A stretch of DNA of 64,000 bases from an uncultured Spirochaetota bacterium (GCA_963845535.1 CAWJSK010000021.1:64001-128000); one strand, 5' to 3'. Counted from the first letter of the stretch, positions 41,689 through 51,272 are shown. The notes: generated from the letters alone by a model not told the origin. Numbers and translations are program-made.

Positions 41689-42687
41689 ATGCCGGCGAAC
41701 CTCCTGCCGCGTAAGAGCGTTTCTTCCTACGCGAAGGCTGCCGCGCTTCCGCTGGCCCTTCTGGCGGTCATAGCATTTCCATTCTTCGCAAGCGACTACC
41801 TCCTGGATGTCGCGTTCTTCTTCGGCGTCTACGTTCTGCTCGGCCTCAGCCTCAACATCGTTCTGGGAGAGGTGGGCCTGTACGACCTGGGCCATGCGGG
41901 GTTCTACGCAATCGGCGCCTACACCACGGCGGTCCTCAACACGAGGTTTGGGATCCCGGTGCTGATCCTCCTCCCGGTGAGCGCGCTGGCGGCGGGCCTG
42001 TTTGCGTACCTCGTCACTTCCCCGATCATTCACCTGCGCGGGGATTACCTGTGCATCGTGACCATCGGCGTGGGGGAGATTGTCCGCCTTGCGCTGATCA
42101 ACAACCCCCTGGGACTCACCGGCGGACCCAACGGCGTGTACGGGATCGATTCACCCACCCTGGGCTTCCTGAAGCTCGACTCATCGGCCGGGTATTATGC
42201 CCTTATCTGGATCGTCGTGGCGCTGGCCGTCATGGCGCTCTTTCGGATCCAGAGCTCGCGCATCGGCCGGGCCTGGAACTGCATCCGGGAGGACGAGGTG
42301 GCCGCGCAGGCAACGGGGATCAACGTGCGCGCGTACAAGCTGCTCGCCTTCGTGCTGGGCGCCGCGCTGGCGGGGGTGGCCGGGAACCTGTACGCCGTCA
42401 AGCTCATGGTGGTCTCCCCGGAGAGCTTCACGTTCTGGGAGTCCTGCCTCATGTTCAGCATCGTGCTGATCGGCGGGATGGGCTCGGTGCCCGGGGTCAT
42501 CATTGGCGCCGCGGCCATCAGCCTGTTCCCCGAGATATTCCGATCCTTCGCAAGCTACCGCATGGTGATCTTCGGCGTTGTCATGATCCTCATGATGATG
42601 TTCCGGCCCGGCGGAGTCTGGCCGCGCAGGCGCGGCGGCACCGAGGCGCAGGACCTCCTTCGGCGGCTGCGGAGATCCCATGGGTGA
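41689..42687 (+). CDS. livM: Branched-chain amino acid ABC permease
   Basis: LRGDYLCIVTIG, TGGPNG, SRIGRAW..IREDE. Confidence 0.93.
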   Translation: MPANLLPRKSVSSYAKAAALPLALLAVIAFPFFASDYLLDVAFFFGVYVLLGLSLNIVLGEVGLYDLGHAGFYAIGAYTTAVLNTRFGIPVLILLPVSALAAGLFAYLVTSPIIHLRGDYLCIVTIGVGEIVRLALINNPLGLTGGPNGVYGIDSPTLGFLKLDSSAGYYALIWIVVALAVMALFRIQSSRIGRAWNCIREDEVAAQATGINVRAYKLLAFVLGAALAGVAGNLYAVKLMVVSPESFTFWESCLMFSIVLIGGMGSVPGVIIGAAAISLFPEIFRSFASYRMVIFGVVMILMMMFRPGGVWPRRRGGTEAQDLLRRLRRSHG

Positions 42688-43504
42688 CCCAGTGGCCGCG
42701 CCCGCTGGCGCCCTGCCGGCTGGCGCCATGAAGAACGCCGAAATAGTCCTGGAAACCGTGGGGCTCACGAAAACCTTCGGCGGGCTCACTGCAGTGGACT
42801 CGCTGGACCTGCGGGTGCACCGCGGCGAGATATCGAGCCTGATCGGCCCCAACGGCGCTGGAAAGACCACCGTGTTCAACGTAGTCACGGGAATCTACCG
42901 GCCAGAAGGCGGAGCGGTGCTTTTCCAGGGTGAGGACATCACCGGGAGAAGGCCCCACAGGATCGTGGAGCGGGGGATCGCCCGCACGTTCCAGAACATC
43001 CGCCTCTTCGCCAACCTCACGTGCCTGGAGAACGTGATGGCGGGCAGGCACGCACGGACGCGAAGCGGCCTTGGCGCCGCGCTCTTTCGGCCCAAGTCCC
43101 AGGTGGAGGAGGAGAAGGAGACGCGACGCCTTGCCGAGGAACGGCTCTCCCAGGTCGGCTTGTGGGAGTCACGCCATGAGCTTGCGCGCAACATAGCCTA
43201 CGGCCGGCAGCGGATGCTGGAGATCGCGCGGGCGCTTGCCACGTCCCCTCGGCTCATTGTTCTGGACGAACCCTCCAGCGGCCTGAACCCGAGCGAGACG
43301 GGGGACTTGATGGAGCTCATCAAACGGATCATCAGGGACGAACATTTGACCATCCTCCTGATCGAGCATGACATGAACGTTGTGATGGGGATCTCGGACT
43401 GGGTCACCGTCATGGACGGCGGGCGCAAGATCGCCGAAGGCCACCCCCGCCAGATCTACCATGATCCCCGGGTCATCGAAGCGTACCTCGGCGGGGGGAC
43501 GTGA
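42680..43504 (+). CDS. livG: Branched-chain amino acid ABC ATPase
   Basis: FGGLTAV, GPNGAGKTT, RTFQNIRLF, IEHDM, VIEAYLG. Confidence 0.94.
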   Translation: MGDPVAAPAGALPAGAMKNAEIVLETVGLTKTFGGLTAVDSLDLRVHRGEISSLIGPNGAGKTTVFNVVTGIYRPEGGAVLFQGEDITGRRPHRIVERGIARTFQNIRLFANLTCLENVMAGRHARTRSGLGAALFRPKSQVEEEKETRRLAEERLSQVGLWESRHELARNIAYGRQRMLEIARALATSPRLIVLDEPSSGLNPSETGDLMELIKRIIRDEHLTILLIEHDMNVVMGISDWVTVMDGGRKIAEGHPRQIYHDPRVIEAYLGGGT

Positions 43505-44244
43505 GGATGAACGCCCTGCTTCAGGTGAACGATCTGCGCATCCACTATGGCGCGCTGGAAGCGCTGAAAGGCGTGACCCTTTCCGTGGAGGAAGGTGAGG
43601 TGGTGACCGTGCTGGGGGCTAACGGGGCAGGAAAGAGCACCCTTCTTCGCGCCATCTCCGGCCTGCTCCCGGCAAGGGACGGTGAGATCATCTTCGACGG
43701 CGCTTCCCTCTCGCGCACCCCCGCTTGCGACATCGTGGTGAAAGGGATATCCCACGCCCCCGAGGGAAGAAAAGTATTCGCCACTCTGACCGTGGAGGAG
43801 AACCTCAACCTCGGGGCGTTCACCCGACGCAGACGACGCGCGGAAGTGACGCGGGCCCGGGACAGGGTGTTCGAGCTCTTCCCTTTGTTGAAGGACAGGC
43901 GATGGCAGCTCGCGGGCACGCTCTCCGGCGGCGAGCAGCAGATGCTGGCAATAGGCCGGGCGCTGATGAGCACCCCCCGGATACTTCTTCTCGATGAACC
44001 GTCCCTCGGCCTGGCGCCCATCCTGGTCCACCTCATTTTCGACATCATCCAGGAAATCAACCGCCAGGGAGTTGCCATCCTTCTGGTTGAGCAGAACGCT
44101 CATCAGGCACTTGCGCTGGCGCGCCGCGGCTACGTGCTGGAGATCGGGCTCATCTCTGCCCACGGCACGACAATGGAGCTGCAGTCGGACAGGCGCATCC
44201 AGGAGGCGTACCTCGGAGGGACGGGCCTCAGCATGAGGCAGTAG
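43501..44244 (+). CDS. livF: Branched-chain amino acid ABC ATPase
   Basis: GANGAGKST, LSGGEQQML, DEPSLGLAP, VEQNA. Confidence 0.94.
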   Translation: MRMNALLQVNDLRIHYGALEALKGVTLSVEEGEVVTVLGANGAGKSTLLRAISGLLPARDGEIIFDGASLSRTPACDIVVKGISHAPEGRKVFATLTVEENLNLGAFTRRRRRAEVTRARDRVFELFPLLKDRRWQLAGTLSGGEQQMLAIGRALMSTPRILLLDEPSLGLAPILVHLIFDIIQEINRQGVAILLVEQNAHQALALARRGYVLEIGLISAHGTTMELQSDRRIQEAYLGGTGLSMRQ

Positions 44245-44253
44245 ACCATCCTC

Positions 44254-44517
44254 CTATGGGATGTGCGTGTCGTTCCACTCCCGGATGGTGTACTCCTTCA
44301 CAAGCCCTTCCACGTTGAAGGGATCACGCCTGATGAACTCCTCTGCGGCTTCCCGGGTGCGGAAAATGCCCATATTGCCCCGGTCCGAAAACGACCCGAT
44401 GCCGATCACCACGCCCCGGCTCACGAACTCGTCCACCAGGACCTTGTGCCGGGGATACACCGCCATGATGCTTTCCATTGTGGCTCCCGTCCCGACGCCG
44501 ATCACGACGTACTTCAT
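44254..44517 (-). CDS. YciI-like small protein
   Basis: AGGAG SD; YPRHK, GSF, AEEFIRRDPF..EGLV..YTIREW. Confidence 0.85.
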   Translation of the reverse strand: MKYVVIGVGTGATMESIMAVYPRHKVLVDEFVSRGVVIGIGSFSDRGNMGIFRTREAAEEFIRRDPFNVEGLVKEYTIREWNDTHIP

Positions 44518-44637
44518 GAGCTCTCCTTTTGGCCAGCCTTGCAATTGCCAAATATGTATAGCACGGAGGACGCCAGCGATTCCTGCCCCATCGGCTACAT
44601 CGGGCAACCAAGCTCCTGGTATAAGCTCGGAGATGTT

Positions 44638-44841
44638 GTGAGTAATACGGTTGAGCCTCCGGATAACAACATGGCCAAAGGTTTGCTGTCAGGGAGAAGT
44701 TGTGATAACTGCGTGTTTTACGCGAAAAAAACTTGTACTACAGAGACAGACGATGGTGTGGCGTTAATGCACGCCTCTCGGTTCGGGGGAACTTCTGTCG
44801 TGTTCTACCCCCAGAATTGTCGGATTTACCTCTCCTCGTAG
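44638..44841 (+). CDS. Small Cys-rich hypothetical ORF in a low-GC patch (possibly a pseudogene)
   Basis: GGAG SD + GTG; AKGLLSGRSCDNC...C; a further Cys motif (GYCRRY) follows the TAG in frame. Confidence 0.35.
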   Translation: MSNTVEPPDNNMAKGLLSGRSCDNCVFYAKKTCTTETDDGVALMHASRFGGTSVVFYPQNCRIYLSS

Positions 44842-44920
44842 GGCTATTGCCGTCGCTACATTAAGGCATCGGAGAAGGAACCTGGCGGCCAGAATCGGCT
44901 CGATCAGAGGAGGATCAAAA

Positions 44921-45764
44921 ATGGAGACATTGATGACGGGCATCGCGTTCGGCGAGTCCCCACGTTGGCACGAGGGCCGTCTGTGGTTTTCCGACTGGGG
45001 AGCGGAAAAGATAATCGCCATCGATCTCGCAGGTAATAGCGAGGTCATCGCCCGCGTGCAGTCATTCCCGTTCTGCATCGACTGGCTGCCTGATGGGCGA
45101 CTACTCATTGTCCACTCGCGAGATCGGCTCCTGCAGCGCCTGGAGCTCGACGGGACGCTCGTGACTCATGCCGACTTGGGAAGCCTATCCCATGGCGCCT
45201 GGAACGAGATCGTCGTGGACGGTCGCGGCAACGCCTACGTCAACGGCGGTGGCTTCGACATGATGGCCGGTGAAACATTCGCTCCTGGAATCATCGCCCT
45301 GGTGGCGCCCGATGGGTCGGCTCGACAGGTGGCCGAGGGTATCGCCTTTCCCAACGGCATGATCGTGACCCCTGACAACTCGACGCTGATCGTTGCCGAG
45401 TCCTACGCCTCCAGGCTCACAGCGTTCGATATCGCCGTAGACGGCAGCTTGTTGAATCGACGAGTGTGGGCGAATCTGCCCGGCGACCATCCCGATGGCA
45501 TCTGTCTCGACACGGATGGCGCCGTCTGGAGCGCCGACGTCGGCAACAAGCATTGCGTGCGGGTCAGAGAAGGTGGCCAAGTGTTGCAGACGATCGATCT
45601 CGACCGGGGCTGCTTCGCCTGCATGCTCGGAGATTCCGACAGGAAAACGATGTTTCTGATCGCGAGAGAGTGGTATGGCATGGACATCGGCAAGGGGATG
45701 GGCACGGGCCAGGTGCTGACCGTTAGGTGCGCCGGCACCGGGCGCCGGTTGGCCGCGCGCATGA
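44921..45764 (+). CDS. SMP-30/gluconolactonase/LRE family protein, read across a +1 frameshift at ~45728
   Basis: GESPRW, WNEIVVDGRG, FPNG, PDGICLD; corrected C-terminus APAPGAGWPRA*. Confidence 0.9.
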
Positions 45765-45940
45765 TTTCCGAGGACTGTTGCCTCCTGCATGCTTGGCGTC
45801 ATTCCAAAGCCGCTCGGAGAGGGCCTGTACTCACGGCGCGCGTGGCGCGAAAACGCCGCCGCGTTTTGATCGAGCTGGCGTAGGGAGTCAGGCAGTTCCT
45901 GCCGCGTCCGCCCCGGACGCTAACGGCCGTGACGGTCCTT

Positions 45941-46795
45941 TCAGCGCTTGTTGATCTTTTTCCCAGGACCTGGCCCGCGCGGCGCCGGATGTTTGGGCGG
46001 CTTTGCAAGCTGAGCCGGCGGCGCGGGCGCCAGCGTCTCGGAAATGGGCGTGCTGACGATCTTCTGATTCATAATTGCAAGCCCGCCGCCGCTGCTCAGC
46101 GTGTTGATGATGACCTCGTGGACAACCGCGTCATGGCTCAAGCCGCGGCTCATGCCCAAGCCGTACACGAGGGCAAGAGAAGCGTATCCGGACGGCGGCA
46201 AGCCGCTTGCCACGAGCAGCTTGCCGATCTGCAGGGAGTCGGCATCCTCCATGGGAGCGACGGCGCGCAGGTCCATGATGGCCCCGCAGGCCGCGAGCGC
46301 AGCCTCCTTCCCCGCGTGCCGCGTCGCGCTCGCGGACAAAAGACCGCCCACAAGCTGGTCAGGAAGACCGGAGCGCAGAAAAACCTCCACGTCCTTGACG
46401 GTCTCATCCGCAACGGGAGACAGGAAAGACCCGCCAAAGCCGGCGCGTTCGACGATGAGCCACGCGCGGGAAAGGAGGCCCAGCTCCGAGCCGAGTGTGC
46501 TCACCAGCTTGTCGGAAGGGACACCCTTCGCCTCGCCTTCCCGCATCTTGTTCAGAAGGAGACGCTGAGGAACATGCTGCCGTGCCGCCTGGGCGAAGAT
46601 CTGGGAAAGCTCACCGCGCACGTCGGAATACGCAGCCGCGTGCGGATCCGAGCGGTACCAATCATCAAGGAAGTCGCTCCATGATGCGCTGGCCGCGGCC
46701 ACGAGGAAAAGCGAAGCGAACAGCGTGACCCATGGTAGAGAAAAGCCCGCGCGTTGCGCCGTGAGAGAGCTCTGCATAGAGGGTCCCTTCCTCAC
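45941..46795 (-). CDS. Exported hypothetical protein, third gene of the ECF cluster
   Basis: GTGA overlap with the anti-sigma stop; hydrophobic signal segment; LLLNKMREGEAKGVP motif; Pro/Lys-rich tail. Confidence 0.75.
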   Translation of the reverse strand: MRKGPSMQSSLTAQRAGFSLPWVTLFASLFLVAAASASWSDFLDDWYRSDPHAAAYSDVRGELSQIFAQAARQHVPQRLLLNKMREGEAKGVPSDKLVSTLGSELGLLSRAWLIVERAGFGGSFLSPVADETVKDVEVFLRSGLPDQLVGGLLSASATRHAGKEAALAACGAIMDLRAVAPMEDADSLQIGKLLVASGLPPSGYASLALVYGLGMSRGLSHDAVVHEVIINTLSSGGGLAIMNQKIVSTPISETLAPAPPAQLAKPPKHPAPRGPGPGKKINKR

Positions 46796-47427
46796 AGCCT
46801 GAGCACGGAGGCGAGGCCGCCGAAGCCGTCATCCACCTGGGTCTCCGAATGAGGATCAGGGACCCATTCCTTCCCGTCAATCAGGAAGTCGTACGTATAG
46901 ACCGCCCCCGTGCGAAGAGGAACCGTGACTTCCCAGACGCCGTTCTGCCCTTGTTTCAGTTTCAGCTCTCCCGCGCGCCATCCGTTGAAGTCTCCGGCGA
47001 GGCTGACCCCGAGGGCTGACGGAGCCTCCAGACGGAAGCTCACCATCACCCGCTCCCCCGCGGAGTGCATGCGCGCCTGGAGGATGAAACCCCCGACTCC
47101 CAGAAGGAGAGCAACGCATCCTGCAAGGGGCAAGGCCCATCTCATCGTCTGCATCGTCGAACCGGAGAAGTGGCGCACCTTGGTCCGCGTTGCCCGCCTC
47201 ATGACCGAGTGCGTGAAGTCAGCGGAGGGGGTCTCTTCCGCCGGCGCCAGCCCGGACAGCTCACCCGCGTCATGGCGAAGGAACGGGATCAACGCCTCGT
47301 AGTTGCTCCCGCAGCGCGCGCACGTGCGGCTGTGGTTGATGATGAAAAATAGCCTCTGCGCGTCGGAAATGTTGCCGTGTTCCCACTCGTCGATTGCGGC
47401 GTCTACGCGCCGGCATGTGTCGCTCAT
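46792..47427 (-). CDS. Zinc-binding anti-sigma factor with TM helix and C-terminal CBM48/AMPK-beta-type glycogen-binding domain
   Basis: C...HSRTCARC (HxxxCxxC); TM WALPLAGCVALLLGVGGFIL; VSLAGDFNGW..GVWEVTVPL..Y.FLIDG.EWVPDP..DDGFGG. Confidence 0.85.
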   Translation of the reverse strand: MSDTCRRVDAAIDEWEHGNISDAQRLFFIINHSRTCARCGSNYEALIPFLRHDAGELSGLAPAEETPSADFTHSVMRRATRTKVRHFSGSTMQTMRWALPLAGCVALLLGVGGFILQARMHSAGERVMVSFRLEAPSALGVSLAGDFNGWRAGELKLKQGQNGVWEVTVPLRTGAVYTYDFLIDGKEWVPDPHSETQVDDGFGGLASVLRL

Positions 47428-47446
47428 ACTGTTGCCTGCTTGTTAC

Positions 47447-47474
47447 TATACTATGGTAGACCCTCAAGCGTTGC
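47447..47474 (-). promoter_or_regulatory. Candidate ECF promoter in the sigma 3' end, facing the anti-sigma gene
   Basis: GCAAC-N18-GTATA; same boxes and spacing at 48100-48127 (+). Confidence 0.55.
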
Positions 47475-48041
47475 GTTCTTCTGCAGAGTTTCGCGCAATT
47501 TTTGCCGGCCGCGGAACAGGCGGGACTTGACGTTCTCCGCGCCGATGTTGAGGACGGCACCGATGGTCTCCACGCGCATTTCCTCGTAGTAGTACAACAG
47601 GATCACCTCACGCAGCGCCTGAGGGAGCGAGTCCACCGCCTGACGCAGCGCGCTTCGTTCGTAGTCCTCCACCACAAGGCGCTGCGGGTCTGATTCCCCG
47701 CCGGCGGCAAGCTCGACCTCTGCGGCAGCCGTGCGCTCCTCCCGCCGGCGCATGCGGCCGTAGGCGCTTCGGAGGTGATTCACGGCAATGCTGTAAAGCC
47801 AGGGGAGCATCTTCTTGTCCAGGCTGAAGCGGTGCAGGGACCGGTATGCGCGCAGGAATATCTCCTGCGCCGCCTCCTCCGCTTCCTCGCGGTTTCCAAG
47901 GAAAGAAAGGGAGAGCCTCACGATGAGGCCCTTGTACCGGTCAACGATGAGCCGAAAGGCGTCCTTGTTCCCTCGAAGGACCTCGCCGATTGCGGCGAGC
48001 TCGTCCGCGCGTTCGGACCCCTCGGCGCGAATCTCTTCCAC
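47451..48041 (-). CDS. ECF RNA polymerase sigma factor
   Basis: Region 2 EAEEAAQEIFLRAY..WLYSIAVN; region 4 LPQALREVILL..ENVKSRLFRGRQKL; GTG start 48041. Confidence 0.93.
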   Translation of the reverse strand: MEEIRAEGSERADELAAIGEVLRGNKDAFRLIVDRYKGLIVRLSLSFLGNREEAEEAAQEIFLRAYRSLHRFSLDKKMLPWLYSIAVNHLRSAYGRMRRREERTAAAEVELAAGGESDPQRLVVEDYERSALRQAVDSLPQALREVILLYYYEEMRVETIGAVLNIGAENVKSRLFRGRQKLRETLQKNATLEGLP

Positions 48042-48099
48042 GGGACTTAATGTACCACCCCAGGCGGGAAAAAAGCACGGAAGTCGTTCGTGTGCACGT

Positions 48100-48127
48100 G
48101 CAACCACCTCGTCATGGGCAGGGTATA
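48100..48127 (+). promoter_or_regulatory. Second candidate ECF promoter, divergent from the sigma gene
   Basis: GCAAC-N18-GTATA. Confidence 0.5.
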
Positions 48128-48418
48128 CATGAGTGTCACCATTGTGGCGCTGTCGGCCTCCCAAGAGAACTGAACAGCGCGCGGGGGGTTGGTGAAGCGC
48201 GGGCCCCGTTCCGCGCACCTCTCGCAAATCCCTTTCCACGGCCGGCCGCAGACCTCCCTGAGCGCCCTTGATCGAGAGGTTCTGGACCGGCCATCTTTTT
48301 TGGCGAACAACGCCAAAACAAACAAATTACCCTGGCCCTGCAATAACGCCGCGCGTCTTTCGTCTGTTACTGCATGACGGGCTCGAGAGAGCAGATACGA
48401 GACTTGTATGGCGGGCGC

Positions 48419-48479
48419 TTGACGCTTCTTTCGGGAAATAGTATGTTTTCGTATATTACGAAACCGAACATTTCGTAAT
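48419..48479 (+). promoter_or_regulatory. sigma70 promoter with MarR-type operators
   Basis: TTGACG-N17-TATGTT; IR TTTCGTA-TAT-TACGAAA (48447-48463) and ATTACGAAA-N7-TTTCGTAAT (48455-48479). Confidence 0.8.
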
Positions 48480-48493
48480 CGAAGAAAACGGAT

Positions 48494-48928
48494 ATGACTG
48501 AGATACAGCTCCTTGAGCTTCTGGGTGACATCTACCGCCGCGTTTTCCGAGCCGTCGCGCCGCTTGCGCAGTCCGAAGGGCTCTCCATGACCGAGATGCT
48601 CGTGGTGTGGAAGATGCACGCGCGGGAATGCCGCCGTGTGAAGGAGCTCGTGGCGGAGATCGGGCTGCCCCCGAGCACACTGACGGGGATCCTGGATCGG
48701 CTGACCGCGGCCGGCTGGCTGGCGCGGGAGGCTGACCACGAGGACCGGCGGGCCGTTGTCATGAGACGCACGGAGAAGCTGGACAAGTTCATTCGGGTTC
48801 TGAGGCAGGAAAGGGCAAAATCCATGGAGGCGGCGTTCCGCAAGCTGCCCCGGGATCTCATGGACAGGCTGGCAGCGGACCTGACTGCCGTTCACGACCT
48901 GCTGGAAGCAGAGGAGAAGACGGAGTGA
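48494..48928 (+). CDS. MarR-family regulator
   Basis: GLPPSTLTGILDRL..GWL.R..DRR. Confidence 0.92.
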   Translation: MTEIQLLELLGDIYRRVFRAVAPLAQSEGLSMTEMLVVWKMHARECRRVKELVAEIGLPPSTLTGILDRLTAAGWLAREADHEDRRAVVMRRTEKLDKFIRVLRQERAKSMEAAFRKLPRDLMDRLAADLTAVHDLLEAEEKTE

Positions 48929-50520
48929 GTGATCGGGCAGCAGAGCGGGGCACCTCTCCCGCGAAGGGGATACAGGGCGGCGCGGAGGCGGGGCAGGCCG
49001 GCTACCATTGGATGGCCCCGGTCCTCGTGGCCCTCATTGGCGCATTCATGGCCATCCTGGATTCGAGCATCGTCAACGTGGCCATCCCGACCATGATGAA
49101 CGTGTTCAACGCGAACCCGAGCTCCATCGAATGGGTTTCGACCATCTACATGCTGGCCCTCGGCGTCGTGGTCCCACTTTCGGGATGGCTTGGCGACCGC
49201 ATGGGCTTCAAGCGGCTGTACATCCTGTCTATGGCGGCGTTCATGGCCGGATCTCTCCTGTGCACCCTTGCATGGAGCCTGAACTCGCTGATCTTTGCGC
49301 GGGTGATCCAGGCCATCGGCGGCGGGATGATCATGCCAACCACCATGGCCATGATCTACCGCATGGTGCCCCGGGACAAGATCGGCTCGGGGATGGGGAT
49401 CTTCGGGATAGCGCTGCTCGTTGCCCCTGCCATAGGCCCGACTCTTGGCGGGTACCTGGTCGAGTACGTGAACTGGCGATGGATCTTCACGATCAACCTT
49501 CCCATCGGGGTGATCGGAATGCTGCTCGCGTTCTTCATCCTGCCGGAGTTCCAGAGCAAGCACCCGGGCAGGTTCGATGTAACAGGGGCTCTCACGTCGG
49601 CAGCAACCTTGTTCTGCCTGCTCCTGGCCCTCAGCAAAGGATCCGACTGGGGCTGGGGAGACGAGAGAACGATCATGCTGTTCTTCGTAAGCCTGGTCTC
49701 GCTCGTCCTTTTCGTCTACGTCGAGCTGACCTCGGATAACCCGCTCCTCGACCTGCGGGTTTTCAAATACCCAAGCTTCACGCTGGCCAACCTCACGATC
49801 ATCGTGACCACGGTCGGGATGTTCTCAGGTATTTTTTTCCTGCCTCTTTTCCTCCAAAGCATTCGGGGCATGGGGGCCATGGAAACCGGCCTCCTCATGA
49901 TGCCGGGCGCTCTTGTCTCAGGTCTCATGATGCCCATCATCGGAAGGCTCTTCGACAAAATCGGCCCGCGCCCGCTTGTGCTCCTGGGGCTGCTCACGCT
50001 TGCCTTCGTGACGTTCCTTTTCCGCAACCTCAACCTTGCCACGGCAACGGTGACAATCATGGTGTGGAACATGCTTCGGAGCATGGTGATCCCCCTGGCA
50101 AACATGCCGGCCCAGACGGCGTCAATGGTGGATATCCCCACGGAGCTCATTGGACGCGCGTCGTCCATCACCAATATCATCAGCCGCGTATCCAGTTCCT
50201 TTGGGATTGCCGTGCTGACCTCCATGCTCACCACCCGGCAGGCCATCCACGGCGCGCGGATTTCCTGGGGACTGAACGCCGCCAATCCAACCGTCATGCA
50301 GACCATCGGGCGCGCGGCGGCCGCCCTGGGCGGAGGCGCGCGAGGCAAGAGCCTTGCCCTGGCCTATCTCCAGGGGATGGTCGCCAAGACATCGTTTGTC
50401 AACGCAATCGACGACGTTTTCATCGCTACTGCCGCTTTCACTCTGATCGCCATTGTTCCGGCGCTTTTCCTCAAGAAAGGCGTGAACGGCAAGGCTCGGG
50501 GAGCGGCCATGGCCGAATAG
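48925..50520 (+). CDS. DHA2 (EmrB/QacA) MFS efflux permease
   Basis: MAILDSSIVNVAIP, GWLGDRMG, APAIGPTLGG, WRWIFTIN, PLLDLR. Confidence 0.94.
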   Translation: MSDRAAERGTSPAKGIQGGAEAGQAGYHWMAPVLVALIGAFMAILDSSIVNVAIPTMMNVFNANPSSIEWVSTIYMLALGVVVPLSGWLGDRMGFKRLYILSMAAFMAGSLLCTLAWSLNSLIFARVIQAIGGGMIMPTTMAMIYRMVPRDKIGSGMGIFGIALLVAPAIGPTLGGYLVEYVNWRWIFTINLPIGVIGMLLAFFILPEFQSKHPGRFDVTGALTSAATLFCLLLALSKGSDWGWGDERTIMLFFVSLVSLVLFVYVELTSDNPLLDLRVFKYPSFTLANLTIIVTTVGMFSGIFFLPLFLQSIRGMGAMETGLLMMPGALVSGLMMPIIGRLFDKIGPRPLVLLGLLTLAFVTFLFRNLNLATATVTIMVWNMLRSMVIPLANMPAQTASMVDIPTELIGRASSITNIISRVSSSFGIAVLTSMLTTRQAIHGARISWGLNAANPTVMQTIGRAAAALGGGARGKSLALAYLQGMVAKTSFVNAIDDVFIATAAFTLIAIVPALFLKKGVNGKARGAAMAE

Positions 50521-50565
50521 CCCCCTTTTCAGGCGGGCATCCATTCAAGAGGAGAGGATCAACTG

Positions 50566-51261
50566 ATGTCGCGAAAAACTGTCATCATTCTGGTTATTGC
50601 TATTGCAATTGTCGCCGCCGGCGGGATCGTCGGGTATTACGCGTATGAAGGATTCCGCTACGTCTCCACGGACGACGCCCGCGTCGCGTCGAATGTCGTG
50701 GCCGTGAGTCCTGAGATCGCGGGCAAGGTGCTGGAGTGGCGCGTGAAGGAAGGGGACATGGTCCAGAAGGACGAAGTCCTGGGCCGCCAGGACCTCGAGG
50801 CCGCCCTCACCTCCGGTGCCATCAATCCGCAGACCATGGGCTCCGTTGCCGGGGTGGTGGCTGAAAAAGCCGTGCTGCGCGCGCCAATTGCGGGCCAGGT
50901 CATTCTTTCGGACGCCGTGGTGGGAGAGATGGCCGTCCCGGGCATGTCGCTCGCGGTTATTGCGGACATGGACGGCCTCTACATCAGCGCGAACATCAAG
51001 GAAGGGGATATTGCGCGCGTCAAGATCGGACTGCCCGCGGACATCTGGGTGGACGCCTTCCACAGCCGGCTGTTTCACGGAAGGGTGGAGACGATAGGCC
51101 GGGCAACGTCGTCGACCTTCTCCCTCCTCCCCTCCCAGAACGGGGGCGGGAACTACACGAAGGTCATCCAGGTCATTCCGATCAAGGTGAGCATCCTCGA
51201 TCAGGGCGACGCGCGCCTGATGATCGGAATGAACGCGTATATCAAGATTCACATCAATTAG
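50566..51261 (+). CDS. Short EmrA/HlyD-family adaptor lacking the long alpha-hairpin
   Basis: TM anchor, YVSTDDA, APIAG, FSLLP...GNYTKVIQ; only ~25 aa between the lipoyl halves. Confidence 0.88.
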   Translation: MSRKTVIILVIAIAIVAAGGIVGYYAYEGFRYVSTDDARVASNVVAVSPEIAGKVLEWRVKEGDMVQKDEVLGRQDLEAALTSGAINPQTMGSVAGVVAEKAVLRAPIAGQVILSDAVVGEMAVPGMSLAVIADMDGLYISANIKEGDIARVKIGLPADIWVDAFHSRLFHGRVETIGRATSSTFSLLPSQNGGGNYTKVIQVIPIKVSILDQGDARLMIGMNAYIKIHIN

Positions 51262-51272
51262 ATGCAAGGAGC

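Noticed and set aside
39535..42033. 832-aa minus-strand ORF, and other long antisense ORFs (788-2527, 31754-33232, 34547-36502, 58360-59898)
   Set aside because: Shadow ORFs opposite well-supported genes in high-GC DNA; no recognisable motifs
45765..45883. Extended C-terminus of the SMP-30 protein
   Set aside because: Caused by the +1 indel at ~45728; the family-like end APAPGAGWP lies in the shifted frame
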